Shown piece by piece: positions 11,564-24,659 of a stretch of 36,532 nt of DNA. A program made the translations under genes and the position numbers. The notes beneath the pieces are model-generated. The model had not been told where the DNA came from. It did no database searches and worked only from the letters and a program-made list of their open reading frames with translations. Within the stretch, counting starts at the first letter, position 1. Every line of letters starts with the position of its first letter. Source of the DNA: Welwitschia mirabilis (lineage: Eukaryota); the NCBI GenBank assembly GCA_051453625.1, contig JBOZIK010000001.1, positions 32,075,615-32,112,146 on the forward strand. Direction: 5' to 3'.

Positions 11564-13214
11564 CTATACCTATCGAAAGATAAGGATGTAGGTGTACTTA
11601 GAGTATTTTATGTTTTAGGTATGGTAAAAGTATTATACAAATCCTACAAAGATCATTACAAATGTTGTAGGCAATACCACTACTCAAATTAAGAAAATAA
11701 AATATTGGAGAAATGAAGAAAAATGTGCATTCATGTATGAATATAAAGCTAAAAATGCTCTTTATTGCAAGATGGCACAAAAAATTTGAAACATTTAAAT
11801 TGGAATATATGAACGTACTTCCGTTGTAAAATAATCTAAGCTTCTAGTTTGTACAAACCAATTTAAAAATTTAAAGATAAACCAAAAAGAAAAGATTCAT
11901 AAGTACTTTAGTAGAGTTACAAACATTGTGAATGCAATAAATGGCACTGAAGAGGATATTCCAAAAGAAAAGTTAATTCAAAAAAAGTTATTCGATTACT
12001 AACCTCTAATTGCATGCCTAAGATTGCATCCATGAAAGAATTTAGATATTTCAATACCATGAAGATAAAATACCTACAAATTAAACTTATAGCTTATAAA
12101 ATAAACCTCATACAAGATGGAGCTTTAAAGGAAAAGACTATTACACTTAAGACAAGCCATAATGCGACTTGGAGATCAAAAGGAAAGATAAAAGAAGATC
12201 ATGAAGAAGATGATTTTGATAATGAATATGATGAACTAGTCTTCAACATGCAAAGAGTAAAAAGACTACTTTCACATAAGTACAACAGAAGAGATAAGCT
12301 TAGAGGATCATCTGGATTTTAAGCAAAAGATAAGAGTAAAGGTAAATCATCTAATAATTCTTCTTTATTAAATGTTTTCAAAATAGAATGTTAAGTATGG
12401 GGAAGCAGATGACATATTACCTTAAAATGCCCTAGTGCTAATAGATTACAAGAAGATGAATAAAAGAAGGAGNNNNNNNNNNNNNNNNNNNNNNNNNNNN
12501 NNNNNNNNNNNNNNNNNNNNNNNNNNNNNNNNNNNNNNNNNNNNNNNNNNNNNNNNNNNNNNNNNNNNNNNNNNNNNNNNNNNNNNNNNNNNNNNNNNNN
12601 NNNNNNNNNNNNNNNNNNNNNNNNNNNNNNNNNNNNNNNNNNNNNNNNNNNNNNNNNNNNNNNNNNNNNNNNNNNNNNNNNNNNNNNNNNNNNNNNNNNN
12701 NNNNNNNNNNNNNNNNNNNNNNNNNNNNNNNNNNNNNNNNNNNNNNNNNNNNNNNNNNNNNNNNNNNNNNNNNNNNNNNNNNNNNNNNNNNNNNNNNNNN
12801 NNNNNNNNNNNNNNNNNNNNNNNNNNNNNNNNNNNNNNNNNNNNNNNNNNNNNNNNNNNNNNNNNNNNNNNNNNNNNNNNNNNNNNNNNNNNNNNNNNNN
12901 NNNNNNNNNNNNNNNNNNNNNNNNNNNNNNNNNNNNNNNNNNNNNNNNNNNNNNNNNNNNNNTGGGCTGAAGACCATGAAACTTTAGAAAAAGAAGCATT
13001 AAATAATGAGAAAATACATCGTCCCTACATGGCTATAGCTCACACTTAAGATGAAAACTATGATTCAGAAGATGGGTATGATTTAAATACCAAGGATAAC
13101 ACAAGGATGACTATTTAAGAAATGATTTAATTTATGAAGAGTTAATATATTGTAAAAATTTTGTGCAAAGATAAAAATTTGACTAATATTCATGAAAAGA
13201 CATATGAACAAGAA

Positions 13215-13298
13215 AAGAATATCATTGAAACATGTAAGACAAAAACTTTTAGATTTTAAGAATATCATTGGAAAATGTAAGACAAAAACTTTTAGATT
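13215..13298. repeat. 43-bp tandem duplication in the host gag
   Basis: AAGAATATCATTG.AA.ATGTAAGACAAAAACTTTTAGATT at 13215 and 13258. Confidence 0.9.
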
Positions 13299-13994
13299 AT
13301 ATTAAAATCATTGAAAATTTTACATAAGATAAGGAAACCTTGAATATCATGCTCAAGAAAAGCAGGAATCCAAATGACAAGAGTGGATTGGGATACAATA
13401 AGGTAATAACTACCACTTTAGCTCCTCTATTTAAAAGGTGGAATTACAAATTGAGGTATGAGCACATATCATCTACAAATAACACCATTTGCTATTATTA
13501 TCATTATAGAGGTTATTATCAGTATAGATGTCCAATAAGATTTAAAAATATGTAGTATAATAATAATGCCAAAAGGCATGGTGGATTAGAATGTCTTTTT
13601 ATATAGAATAGACTAATACAAATTTGGGTTCCTAAAGCTAAATCAAATCTCAGAATAGAGAAGAAGCCCACTTATCACATATTTAGTTAATTAAGGTATA
13701 ACAATTATATCATAACCCAATGCCATAATGATCAAGTTTTCAATAATACTACAAAATCTCAAGGCACTAAAGGATACATTAATTCATGTAAGAAGTTGAA
13801 GATTGAGCCTTTCCCAATCAGGTAAATAAAGTAGGTAACATCTCAACTTCATTGCATTTATCTTATGAGTTGAGATTATGATTAAATATAGTTGTATAGT
13901 TAAAATTTGACTTATGTATGTGATTTTTAGTTTCTTGAAGAGTTATTTTTATAGTTACAATAGTTGTCATTTCTTTTTGAAAATCTAAAAATTT

Positions 13995-14260
13995 TGGTGC
14001 AGATGTCTTTAAGTTTGTAGACATCTATGTTAAATGGCTCTTAAAATTCGCAAACATATTGAGATTAAATGTCTTAATTTTACAGACATCTTAGAAGGGT
14101 AGATACATCATTTTAATTTTTGGAATTAGACATCTTAGTTTTTATAGATATCTTAGAAGTAGGAAAATGTACTAGAAATGTTTTAACAATAGACATCTTA
14201 AAGTTTGTAGATGTCTACTTTCTATGTTGAAGACATCTTAAAATTTGTAGATGTATTGAT
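13995..14260. repeat. Cluster of AGACATCT/AGATGTCT motifs upstream of the host extra ORF
   Basis: About ten copies, e.g. CAGATGTCTTTAAGTTTGTAGACATCT and AGACATCTTAAAGTTTGTAGATGTCT. The same motif occurs in the host LTR at 4335-4640. Confidence 0.8.
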
Positions 14261-14878
14261 TGTATTATTGTAAAAATAAAAATATGCAAAAAGATAGGGT
14301 TTTGACCCTTTTTAATAGCNNNNNNNNNNCAAAGGAACCACCAAATCGCATTTTTAAGTATTACTCAACTCATGTTACTCTTAGGTGATTTTCTAGACTC
14401 CCTTTTTCTCATATTTATCTGGTTGGACATCTTGGATTTTTGAGACATCTCTATAGAAGATAATAATAGGGTTTTTTTCTTGAATAAGTGCATACATTTT
14501 CATAAATTCTTACATTCTAATTGATCTTTTATCAGTTTTTAATTCTATTTCATAAAAATGGCAAGAAGAAAGGAAAAAAGAACTTTTATAGGTAAAGAAC
14601 AAGCCATAGAATGAACCAGATCATAGTGTGAACCTCAATTTTATCATGAGCTAGTCAAGAAACTTCATTATTTGAAAGAGAACTATTGGTGTTTAGAAGA
14701 AGCATAGGGAATAACTAATAAGATTCTTTATTCAACTTGATCAAAAAATGATAGTTTAGCTTGTATAACCTATTTCTAATCTAGTGGTGAAAAAATTTTA
14801 TGCAAACATACATAAAATTAATGATAACATTGGTGCATTTCATACTTAGATTAGAAGCGCTAATTTGTATATCATTTT

Positions 14879-16270
14879 TGATAGGACCGAGAATCCTTAA
14901 AAAAATTCTTCTAAATGAATCCAATCTTAAACAAAACTTGCATACAATAATGAACTAATCTAAAATGTGCATGATATAATAAAATAATGGAAGTAAATAA
15001 ATAATGACTAAAAGCATAAAAATGCCAATTATATGCACATCGGATTTATAGTATTTCGAGAAGCCTCCTACTTCACTCTCGACGATCAGCTTATTCTAAA
15101 GCTAGATCTTAAATCTTCATTACTTCACTAGGTATTCCAAGTTTACCTGTAACCTTTACAAATGGAATTTTTCAGGCTTAGTTTCAACCTTTGAACAAAC
15201 TTTTCAAAGCTTAGTCTCAACCTTTAAATGGACTTTTCATGGCTTAGTCTCAACCTTTCACAAAACAAGGTAGTGATGTAATGATGCCTTTAGAGCATAA
15301 GTATCACCCATTCTTGATTTAGTAGATTTTATGGAGCTCTTCTCTTATAGATTTAAAGTAAATGAAGCTCTTGATCTGATCTTAAATGTAGATAATACCA
15401 ATGGTATTTCTTCTTTGGTTTGAAATATATATGCTAAGATATAATAGTAAAAGTTATAATATTACAATGCTTGATCCTTCAGATCCAATAGATTCACTAA
15501 ATAAAGATGATTCCAAAATATTCTTTGGTCATCTATGTCTTAGCTATTTATATTGGAAGGTTTTTAGGGTTTATTACATTTGCAATGCCCCTCTAATGAC
15601 TATAAATAGCTAGAAAATGGCTACTTAATAGTTACATAATGGATACATAATATTTACAAAAAATTTATTTCCACTCTGTTCAGTCAACCCTATAAAAATC
15701 TGGTGGATCCTATGTGGTGTCGTGAGTTATATAGGTTGCCTAAGTGATAAATTCAATTGCCCCAATTTTTTGTAACTTCCTGTCTGAGCAACCCCATCTA
15801 GGTCTAGTTGACCCCAGTCCAATTGGCTTAGGTCTACTAGCTACACAGTGCATAGGCTCGGTCGACTCCATCATAGTTCTGGTTGACCCTTTATCATTCA
15901 GTCCATGGATACTGTTTATTAGGTTCTTAAATCTAGTCAACCCCATACAAGTTCTATCGATCCCCTTTCCATTCAGTTCAGGGACATTGGTTCTCAAGGT
16001 TATAGGTTTGGTCAACCCCATCAAAATTCAATCGATCCCTCTGGATGTAGTTCATTTTTTATCTACTTCAAGTGCTATCGATCCTTTGAAAATCTGGTTA
16101 ATTCCATCTTGAGGGTAAATGAACTAATAGATTTTTATTACTTAGAAATTATCCATTTTTAGTTCCATCTTTCGACTTGCAAGTAATTTAATATCTTCTG
16201 CATAAACTACATAAAATTTGTTATATAGAAAACATTAGTTTGACATCAATTGGTAAAACATAATCCAACA
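14879..16270 (-). repeat. 3' LTR of the tandem element
   Basis: TG...CA termini, collinear with 26749-28352 but with deletions, and adjacent to a PPT. Contains ~33-bp CTTAGTCTCAACCTTT repeats at ~15150-15260. Confidence 0.9.
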
Positions 16271-16820
16271 ATCTTCCCTTTTGACATTGATGGTAAACAA
16301 TACTTAGCTGTGACAAAATTAGAACTCATAGAAAAACTCCCATTTACAAAATGCTTATTTACAAAATAATATTCCAATTTGAAACAATTAAAAGCATTTT
16401 GAATAAAAATTTTGTGCTTTAAATAAAACTAATTTAATATGTACATTTGAAAGTTTAAAGGACACAACTTTATGATATATATAATATGATCATAAACACC
16501 TTTTTAACATTGAATCAAATGTCATAAATTTTGGTTTATTTTCAAATGTTACAAAAACTTTAATCTTTTTAAGTTAAGTACATATGATATCATAAGAAAG
16601 CATATTTTACATATATAATTTGTGAAAGGTACAATAAGTTTTAAGGTACAAAATGACATAAGATTTTATGATAAAATAGATAATTTCATTTCATTAAATA
16701 TAAGTAAAAGATTACAAGACTAACCTCCAAGCATTACAAATTAGAAGTACTCATCAAGAGCATACAATTGAAATCATAAAAAATTTAACAACATAACTAA
16801 TTCTTCCCTTTTGACATAAA
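16271..16820 (-). promoter_or_regulatory. Multiple polypurine tracts (Sirevirus-type), internal copy 1
   Basis: Minus-strand ATGTCAAAAGGGAAGA(T/A) at 16271-16288 and 16801-16817, with a weaker AAATGGGAG at ~16336. Confidence 0.8.
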
Positions 16821-16858
16821 TGAAAAAGAAGAGAATACAAAACATAATTTAAAAAAAA

Positions 16859-17904
16859 TTAATTAGACCCCTCCTTTTCTTCTTTTTCTTTTTCTTTAGA
16901 GTCTTCCTCTGATTCTTCTTCATCACCTCCTATGCATGCTAAACTAGTAGCCTCTACTGAGGTATCAACAATATCATATCCAGCTACAATGAGGGATTCC
17001 TTCATATGTCTAGTATGGAAGTCAATCCATCTTAGATATGAAAGAGTCTCATCAGAAGAGGCTTTCTTTGGAGAGGGAGATTTTGAAGATTTCTTGAAAG
17101 GGGTAAACATATGCATGCGAGACAAGATTGTACATCCAATGGGTTCCATAGGCTAGAGGATTTCTAATTTTAGATGAAAGATGACATGAAAGTGATGGAA
17201 AATGCTTGTGATAAGCATAGAGTAGGGCAAATCCTAGTTCTGTGATACTCTAACTACGAAACCATATTCTTTAGTATTATAACATGAGCATCAACAAAAT
17301 GCTCAATCACTACCAAATACATGAGATAGGCTTAATAGTAGGATGCCTTATCACGATGGCCAGTAAAGGGTAAGAAGTTATAGATGAAAAGCAAATAAAG
17401 AAAGTAGTATTTTGGAGTCAATAAGAAAGTAGAGAAAGTGTTCTTTTAAGTATGCATCTTACCATTGATCTCCCTTGTAATAGCAGGCTTATCTTCCATG
17501 GTATCTCAAAGAGGTCAAAACTCTTTATAGTCCCCCTTTGGAAGATCAATCAGCTCTAAAATAAGATTGGCTATCACTCTTATCCACTTTCCTAATACAA
17601 GGTTTTCAAGATTTCTAGTGTCACAATCAAAAGAAGTATTACAATCAAACATTCTAGTAAGAAAAGGATAAGCAGAACTAGAGACATCTAAAAAGTGATC
17701 AAGGTCCTGATTTCTTAGGATTTGGATAACTTCCCTAAGTTTTCTGAGCTCTAAAGTAGCTATAGATCACTCCTAGCACCTATCCTTCTTCTCAAACTTA
17801 TTAGAAAACTTGGCAATATCTTCCTCTAATATTCCTTGGTAGAAGATAGCTGGATCCTTAGAGGGAGCCTCTTTTACTCTTCTCCTTAATGAGATTTTAG
17901 CCAT
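16859..17904 (-). pseudogene. Extra ('ENV-like' / putative plant transposon protein) ORF, copy 1
   Basis: MAKISLRRRVKEAPSK..LDHFLDVSSSAYPFLTRMF..LYLLFIYNFLPFTGHRD..acidic tail GGDEEESEEDSKE (ORF 16859-17149). Lies between the protease and the PPTs. Confidence 0.75.
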
Positions 17905-18414
17905 TTTAAGAATTTGCAAATAAAAAGGACTAAGAGAAAAACAACAAATCTAAAAGAAAAGCTTTAGATCTTGAAGGAAAGGCACTAGATCTAAGAGCTA
18001 GAGAGGGATAAAACATAATAAAATTGATTTAGGTCCTATCTCTTTTATAGACTATGGAAAATAGGGGAAAATGAAGAAATAAATCAGGTACACTAATGGT
18101 ACGTTCAAACTGTGATCCATCAAATTTGGTCAACCGTTCAAGGTTCAATTTGACCCATTAAGATGTGGGTCTATAGTACTAGAAGGGGTCTGGGTGATTG
18201 GGCTTTTAGGCTAGTCAACTAATCACATCCAATTGATGGAATCATCGATTCTATCGACCACCCTACAATCAACTAAGAAACAATGAATAAACCCCTAGAT
18301 CATTTTCATAATTGACAATTAGATTACAGACATGAGGTGTTACATTAGAATTCATCAAAAAACATTCAGTTTCATTAAGATTTAGCCTAACATCATAGTT
18401 TATATAAAATAACT

Positions 18415-20424
18415 AATCAATCAATTTAGTATCTATTCTATAAAAATTATCCACTCATTTTGCAAAAAATATAGAAACATTTGTTTTCTCATCTATAACT
18501 TCACATTTTGATTTTTCAAAAATTACTTTGTGACCTTTATTATATAATTGACTCAGACTTAATAAGTTATGTTCCAATCCATTTACATAAGACACATGAT
18601 TAAGTTTAAGTAACTTGCCTCCCTTGATGCATCCTGTACCTTCTATCTTTGTCTTTTTATTATTTTTAGAAATGACTTATTCTTTATTTATGCTCCTTAG
18701 GTATTAAAAGCTAGATTTTTCTCCTGACATATGCCTTGAGTAATCATTTTCTAGATATGAGCTATTTATACTTATTCCTCTAAAAGCTATCTATATTAGA
18801 AAACTTTGAAGATTATTAGCTCTAACACACTTAGTCTTATTAGACTTAGGTGGTACACTTTTCTTAGGAATGAAGTTAAAAGGTAATTTACTTGTAATTT
18901 ATAAAAAAAGAATTAATTTTCTAATTTTTAAAAAGAGCTTTAAATGATCAAATTTACCACAAAAATTACATGAAAATTTAGAAGCATACTTACTCTTCTA
19001 GTTTACCTATTTTTAAGATTTTTATGAACTAAAGCCAATACCTAATCTATTTCTAGTAGGTTTTCACACTCCAAGCATCTGTTCTAATTTAATCGACCTA
19101 TCAAATAATTTATTTACAAAAAAAAAAGATCTTTTACCTGAGAAATTAGGTTGGTATTATCAGATTTTAGCACATTGTATTTCTCTTCCAATTCCTCCTT
19201 TTCTTTGATGATAGTCTTCATTGTTTTGTTTAACTCATTTATCTTCTTAGCTAGCTTTTCACATTTCTCATACAACTCTTAACATGCATTTTCTAACTCA
19301 TCTTATTCTTTATTGATCATATCCAAATCACTGGGTAATAACATGCTAAGAACATCTTTAAATGATGGCAAAAATGCCATGAAGGATAATTTTCTATCTC
19401 TGTTTGATTCTTGATCTGAGTGGATTTTATCATCATCATCATCATATTTATTGTCCTATGTAGCAATGAATGAGGGATTTTTCGATTTTTTAATTATCCC
19501 TCCTTATGTTAGGGCACTCATTTGCCATACGGCTAAATCCTTTGCATGAGTAGTATTGGATCTCTTTACCCTTTTCTTGCTTCTTTCTATGCTTCAAATA
19601 ATTCTTTTTTGCATTTATACTTGATTATCCTTCTTTTTTCTTTCTATGAAGAAATTTTCTAAATTTTTGACTAGAAGAGCTACTTTATCATTGTCCAAGT
19701 CCTCATCTGATTTATTAGATCTATAGTCTTGCTACACACATTTTAAAGTAATACCTCTCTTCTTATCTCTAATAAATTTAAGCTCATAAATTTGCAAATT
19801 ACCTTGAATTCCTTCTAGTGCCATTGCATTAATGTTTTTACTCTCTTTTATGGCTATGATTTTTAGTTTGAATCTCTTGGGTAGATATCTCAAGACTTTC
19901 TTTACCACTTTTGTTTCCTCCATATGTTTTTCAAGGCTTACCATTGAGTTTACAATATCGGTAAGTCTAGAAAAAAATTCCTACAATGTCTCTTCTTCAT
20001 CTATATTGATATCTTCAAATTTTAAAATAAGCATCTAAGGTTTTTCTTGTTTTATAGTTGAATTTACTTCGTGTGCTACTTAAAGAATGTCCTAAGCTTT
20101 CTTAACATGATTGTAGTTTACTATGTATTTAAATTCATCTACACACACTGCACAAAATATGGGATTAAGAGTATGGGCATCAATGGTGGCTTTTAACTAG
20201 TCAATGGCTGTCTATTAGTCCTGAGCTTTGAGAACTAGGATAGTATTACTATTTGCATTGGTTCAAGTTAACATAGGCATAGTGTAACCTTTATAGATAA
20301 CTTCTTCTATATCGGCATCTAAGGATATAAGAAATATTCTCATCCTAGATTTTCAATAAGCATAGTCTAATCCATCAAACATAGTTGGATGATCAGTGGA
20401 AAAACCATCAAATGGATTACTTAT
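18415..20424 (-). pseudogene. Sirevirus-like gag plus aspartic protease, copy 1 (no INT/RT/RH)
   Basis: SNPFDGFSTDHPTMFDGLDYAY*KSRMRIFL; VVKKVLRYLPKRF; QYYSCKGFSRMANECP; LEQMLG..RLGIGF; CNFCGKFDHL; PR SYLENDYSRHMSG..VSYVNGLEHNLLSLSQL..NFYRID. Confidence 0.9.
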
Positions 20425-20475
20425 TTTAGGGTTATAAGATTAAGATTAATTAAAATCTAAAGTAGGATCGACTTA

Positions 20476-20487
20476 GCTCTGATACCA
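20476..20487 (-). promoter_or_regulatory. Primer-binding site (tRNA-iMet)
   Basis: Perfect TGGTATCAGAGC on the minus strand, 2 nt from the middle LTR end. Confidence 0.93.
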
Positions 20488-20489
20488 AA

Positions 20490-21782
20490 TGATAGGATCA
20501 AGANNNNNNNNNNNNNNNNNNNNNNNNNNNNNNNNNNNNNNNNNNNNNNNNNNNNNNNNNNNNNNNNNNNNNNNNNNNNNNNNNNNNNNNNNNNNNNNNN
20601 NNNAGAAAATGGCTATCTAATAACTATATAATGGATAGATAATGATTAAAAAATTTTAGTTTTGTTTTATATGGTTGACCCCTCAAAAGTCTATTCAACC
20701 TCATATGATGTCATGAATTACACAGGTCACTCAAGTAAGAAATTTAGTTGCCCCAATTTCTTATGGATTCTTATTCAGTTGATCCCATTTAGGTCTGGTC
20801 GACCTCAGCTCGGTCGATCGCAACATTATTTAATTACTTGCTACTCTTGATAAAATTCTTTCTAATTTCTAGCATTGAGTCTTATCAACCCTTTTAGGTA
20901 TCTAGTCAACCCCATAATAATCGCCTCAGGCATACTAACTATACAATTCTTAGGTTTGGTCGATCCCATCATAGATCTGATTGACTCCTTTCCATTCAGT
21001 TCAGAAGTACTATTTCTTAATTCATAGATTTGATTAACAATATAATAAGTCTAGTCGACCCCTTTNNNNNNNNNNNNNNNNNNNNNNNNNNNNNNNNNNN
21101 NNNNNNNNNNNNNNNNNNNNNNNNNNNNNNNNNNNNNNNNNNNNNNNNNNNNNNNNNNNNNNNNNGCCCCAATTTCTTATGGATTCTTATTCAGTTGATC
21201 CCATTTAGATCTGGTCGACGTCAGCTCGGTTGATCGCAACATTATTTGATTACTTGCTACTCTTAATAAAATTCTTTCTAGTTTCTAGCATTGAGTCTTA
21301 TCAACCCTTTTAGGTATCTAGTCAACCCCATAATAATCGCCTTAGGCATACTAACTATATAATGCTTAGGTTTGGTCGATCCCATCATAGATCTGATTGA
21401 CTCCTTTTCATTCAGTTTAGAAATACTATTTATTAGGTTCTCAAATCTAGTCAACCCTATAATGGTCTATTCGATACCTTACCATTTGGTTCAAGGACAC
21501 TAGATCTTGAGGTTATAGATCTAGTTGACTCCACCGAAAATCCAATCGATTCCTCTGAATGCAATTCATTTTTTTTTATGCTTCAGAAGTGATCAATCCC
21601 TTAAAAGTCTAGTCGACCCCTTAAGAGGGTAAAAGAACTATCAGTTTTCTAGGCTCAGAAGTTGATGATTTTGATTTCATCTTTTGACCTATAAGTAATT
21701 TAATATCTTCTACATAAGATACATAAAATTTTATATATATAAAATATTAGTTTAATATCAATTAGTAAAATATAATCTAATA
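20490..21782 (-). repeat. Middle (shared) LTR of the tandem element; contains two N gaps
   Basis: Starts TGATAGGATC, ends ..TATAATCTAATA. It has a PBS on one side and a PPT on the other. Confidence 0.88.
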
Positions 21783-22305
21783 ATCTTCCCTTTTGACATT
21801 GATAGAAATTAGAAAAGCTCCCCCTTACAGGGTGCCTATTGCAAAATAATATTCCTTTTGAAATAAGTTAAGAAATTTTGAATAACAAAATTTTTTGCTT
21901 TAAATGAAATAATTTAATATGCATATTTGAAAGCTTAAAAGGCACAACTTTATGATAAATATAATGTGATCATATAGAATTATTTAATATTGTAATCAGA
22001 TGTCACAAATTATAGTTCATTTCCAATGTTATAAAACTTTAAAATTTTTAAGTTAAACACATATGATACCAAAAGAGAAAAATATTTAGCGTATATGATT
22101 TTGAAAAGCAAAAGTAGATTTGAAATACTAAATGAAACATTATTTTGTGCAAAATAGATAAGTGCATTTCATTATACATAAGCAAACATTACAAGGTAAA
22201 CATGCAAGCATTACAAACTAGAAGTGCTCATCAAAAGCATACAACTAAAATCATATAAAAAAACATTCAATAACACATAACTAATTCTCCTCCTTTTGAT
22301 ATAAA
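21783..22305 (-). promoter_or_regulatory. Multiple polypurine tracts, internal copy 2
   Basis: Plus-strand ATCTTCCCTTTTGACAT (21783), GCTCCCCCTT (~21817) and TCTCCTCCTTTTGATAT (~22286). Confidence 0.8.
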
Positions 22306-22353
22306 TGACAAAGGATATAACATAAATATAAATTAAATCATAGTTTAAAATTT

Positions 22354-24140
22354 TTAATCAGACTCTTCTTCTTCTTTAGAGTCTTTTTCTGAATCTTTTT
22401 CATCACCTCCTATATGATCTGAGCTAGTAGTCTCTTCTGAGGTGTTAGCAATATCATAACTAGCTACTATGAGTTCTTCTTTCATGTGTTTCATATTGGG
22501 GGTTAATCCATATTAGATATGAAAGGATCACATCAGGGAAAGCTTCCTTTGGAGAGAAGGACTTAGAGGATTTCTTAAAGGGGGAAAAGATGTACATGTG
22601 TGATAAGGTTGCACACCCAATGAGTAACATAGGCTGGAGGATCTCTAGTTTCAGATGAAAGGTAACATGAAAATGGTGATAAATAATTTTGATAAGCACA
22701 GAGTAGGGTAAAGTCCTAGTTCTGTGGTACTCCAGCTATAAGATCATATTCTTCAATATTATGGCAGGAGCATCAATAGTATGCTCAGTCCCTACCAAAT
22801 ATATCAAATATGCTTAATAGCATTATAGGTAAAAATCAAGTGAAGAAAATGATATTTTGGAGTTAATAATAAAGTAGGAAGGGTATGCTTTCAAGAATAC
22901 ACCTTACCACAAATCTCCCTGGTAACAACAGGCTTGTCTTCCATGTTATTTCAAAGAGGTCAAAACTCTTTATAGTCACCTCTTATAAGATCGGTTATCT
23001 TAGAAATGATATTGGTTGTTACTCTTATTCACTTTCCCAAAACAAGGATTTTAAAGGTGCTAGAGTCATAATCATAAAAAGCATTACAATAAAACATTTG
23101 AGTGAGAAAAGGGTAGGTAGAATCAGAAACATCTAAAAAGTGATCAAGATCCTAATTTCTTAGNNNNNNNNNNNNNNNNNNNNNNNNNNNNNNNNNNNNN
23201 NNNNNNNNNNNNNNNNNNNNNNNNNNNNNNNNNNNNNNNNNNNNNNNNNNNNNNNNNNNNNNNNNNNNNNNNNNNNNNNNNNNNNNNNNNNNNNNNNNNN
23301 NNNNNNNNNNNNNNNNNNNNNNNNNNNNNNNNNNNNNNNNNNNNNNNNNNNNNNNNNNNNNNNNNNNNNNNNNNNNNNNNNNNNNNNNNNNNNNNNNNNN
23401 NNNNNNNNNNNNNNNNNNNNNNNNNNNNNNNNNNNNNNNNNNNNNNNNNNNNNNNNNNNNNNNNNNNNNNNNNNNNNNNNNNNNNNNNNNNNNNNNNNNN
23501 NNNNNNNNNNNNNNNNNNNNNNNNNNNNNNNNNNNNNNNNNNNNNNNNNNNNNNNNNNNNNNNNNNNNNNNNNNNNNNNNNNNNNNNNNNNNNNNNNNNN
23601 NNNNNNNNNNNNNNNNNNNNNNNNNNNNNNNNNNNNNNNNNNNNNNNNNNNNNNNNNNNNNNNNNNNNNNNNNNNNNNNNNNNNNNNNNNNNNNNNNNNN
23701 NNNNNNNNNNNNNNNNNNNNNNNNNNNNNNNNNNNNNNNNNNNNNNNNNNNNNNNNNNNNNNNNNNNNNNNNNNNNNNNNNNNNNNNNNNNNNNNNNNNN
23801 NNNNNNNNNNNNNNNNNNNNNNNNNNNNNNNNNNNNNNNNNNNNNNNNNNNNNNNNNNNNNNNNNNNNNNNNNNNNNNNNNNNNNNNNNNNNNNNNNNNN
23901 NNNNTAGGTAGAATCAGAAACATCTAAAAAGTGATCAAGATCCTAATTTCTTAGGAGTTGGATAACTTTCTTGAGCTCTCTAAGCTTTAAATTGGCTACT
24001 GATCACTCCTGGCACACTAGTTTCTTCTCAAACTTCTCTAAGAATTTGTCAATTTCCTCCTTTAATATCCCCTGATAGAAAATAGCTAGATCCCTTGAAG
24101 GTGATTCCTTCACTCTCTTCTTAAATGAGCTTTTAGCCAT
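22354..24140 (-). pseudogene. Extra ('ENV-like') ORF, copy 2 (spans a probably spurious 741-N gap)
   Basis: Collinear with 16859-17904. Starts MAKSSFKKRVKESPS and contains PIGCATLSHM/FSPFKKSSKS-like sequence. Confidence 0.75.
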
Positions 24141-24659
24141 TTTAAAAACTTGCAAGTAAGAAAACTAAGAGAGAAAGACTAGATCTAAGAATAAAACTCT
24201 GGATCTTAAAGAAAGAGCTCTAGATCTAAGAGATGAAGAAGGCTAAAACACAATGAAATCGATTTAGGATTCTATTTATTTTATAAACTATGCGAAATAA
24301 GGTAAAATAAATAAAGAAATTGGGTCCACCAATGGCACTTCCACATTGTGATCTATCAAGTTCAATCAACTACTTGATATTTTAGTTGACTCATTAAGAT
24401 GCAAGTCTATAATACTAGAAGAGGTTTGGGCAACTAGGCTTTTAGGCTAGTCAACCAACCACAACCATTTGACAGAATCATAGATCTAGTTGAATACCCT
24501 GCAATTAGCTAAATAATAGTGACTGAACCCCTTGTTTATTTTTATGATTAACAATTACATTATAGACATGGGGTGTTACATCAAAATTCTCTAGAAAAGG
24601 TTTAATTTTGATAAGATTTAGGCTAACATTTCCTTTTAGTATATTATAGTTTTCATGAA

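Larger units (their letters stand above)
5603..13640 (+). pseudogene. Sirevirus-like gag of the host element, split by the nested copia (pieces 5603-5654 and 11569-~13640)
   Basis: MEGVPSIRPQLFDGINY joins to TYRKIRM*VYL after removal of the insert. Further motifs: YKAKNALYC, FSRVTNIVNA, knuckle remnant HITLKCP (~12420), MLKKSRNPNDKSGLGY, ICYYYHYRGYYQYRCP, IWVPK (~13622). Confidence 0.85.

Noticed and set aside
12391..13049. Long ORFs in the track at 12391-13049, 23144-23923, 25605-25883 and 28877-29149
   Set aside because: Their length comes from N runs translated as X, so they are not evidence of genes.
15150..15260. Regular ~33-bp repeats superficially resembling a CRISPR array (also 27070-27185)
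   Set aside because: Head-to-tail LTR-internal tandem repeats with no unique spacers and no cas genes, in a plant TE context.
15541..15612. Perfect 12-bp inverted pair TAGCTATTTATA / TATAAATAGCTA suggesting a bidirectional TATA
   Set aside because: In the 5' LTR the second arm reads TATAAATGGCTAG and belongs to a decayed AACGGCT-like repeat, so the symmetry is probably a deamination coincidence.
15740..16112. Overlapping 94-aa and 122-aa ORFs in the LTR
   Set aside because: They are translations of the GTCGACCCC tandem repeat (recurrent LVDP/LVNP) and are not kept open in the other LTR copies.
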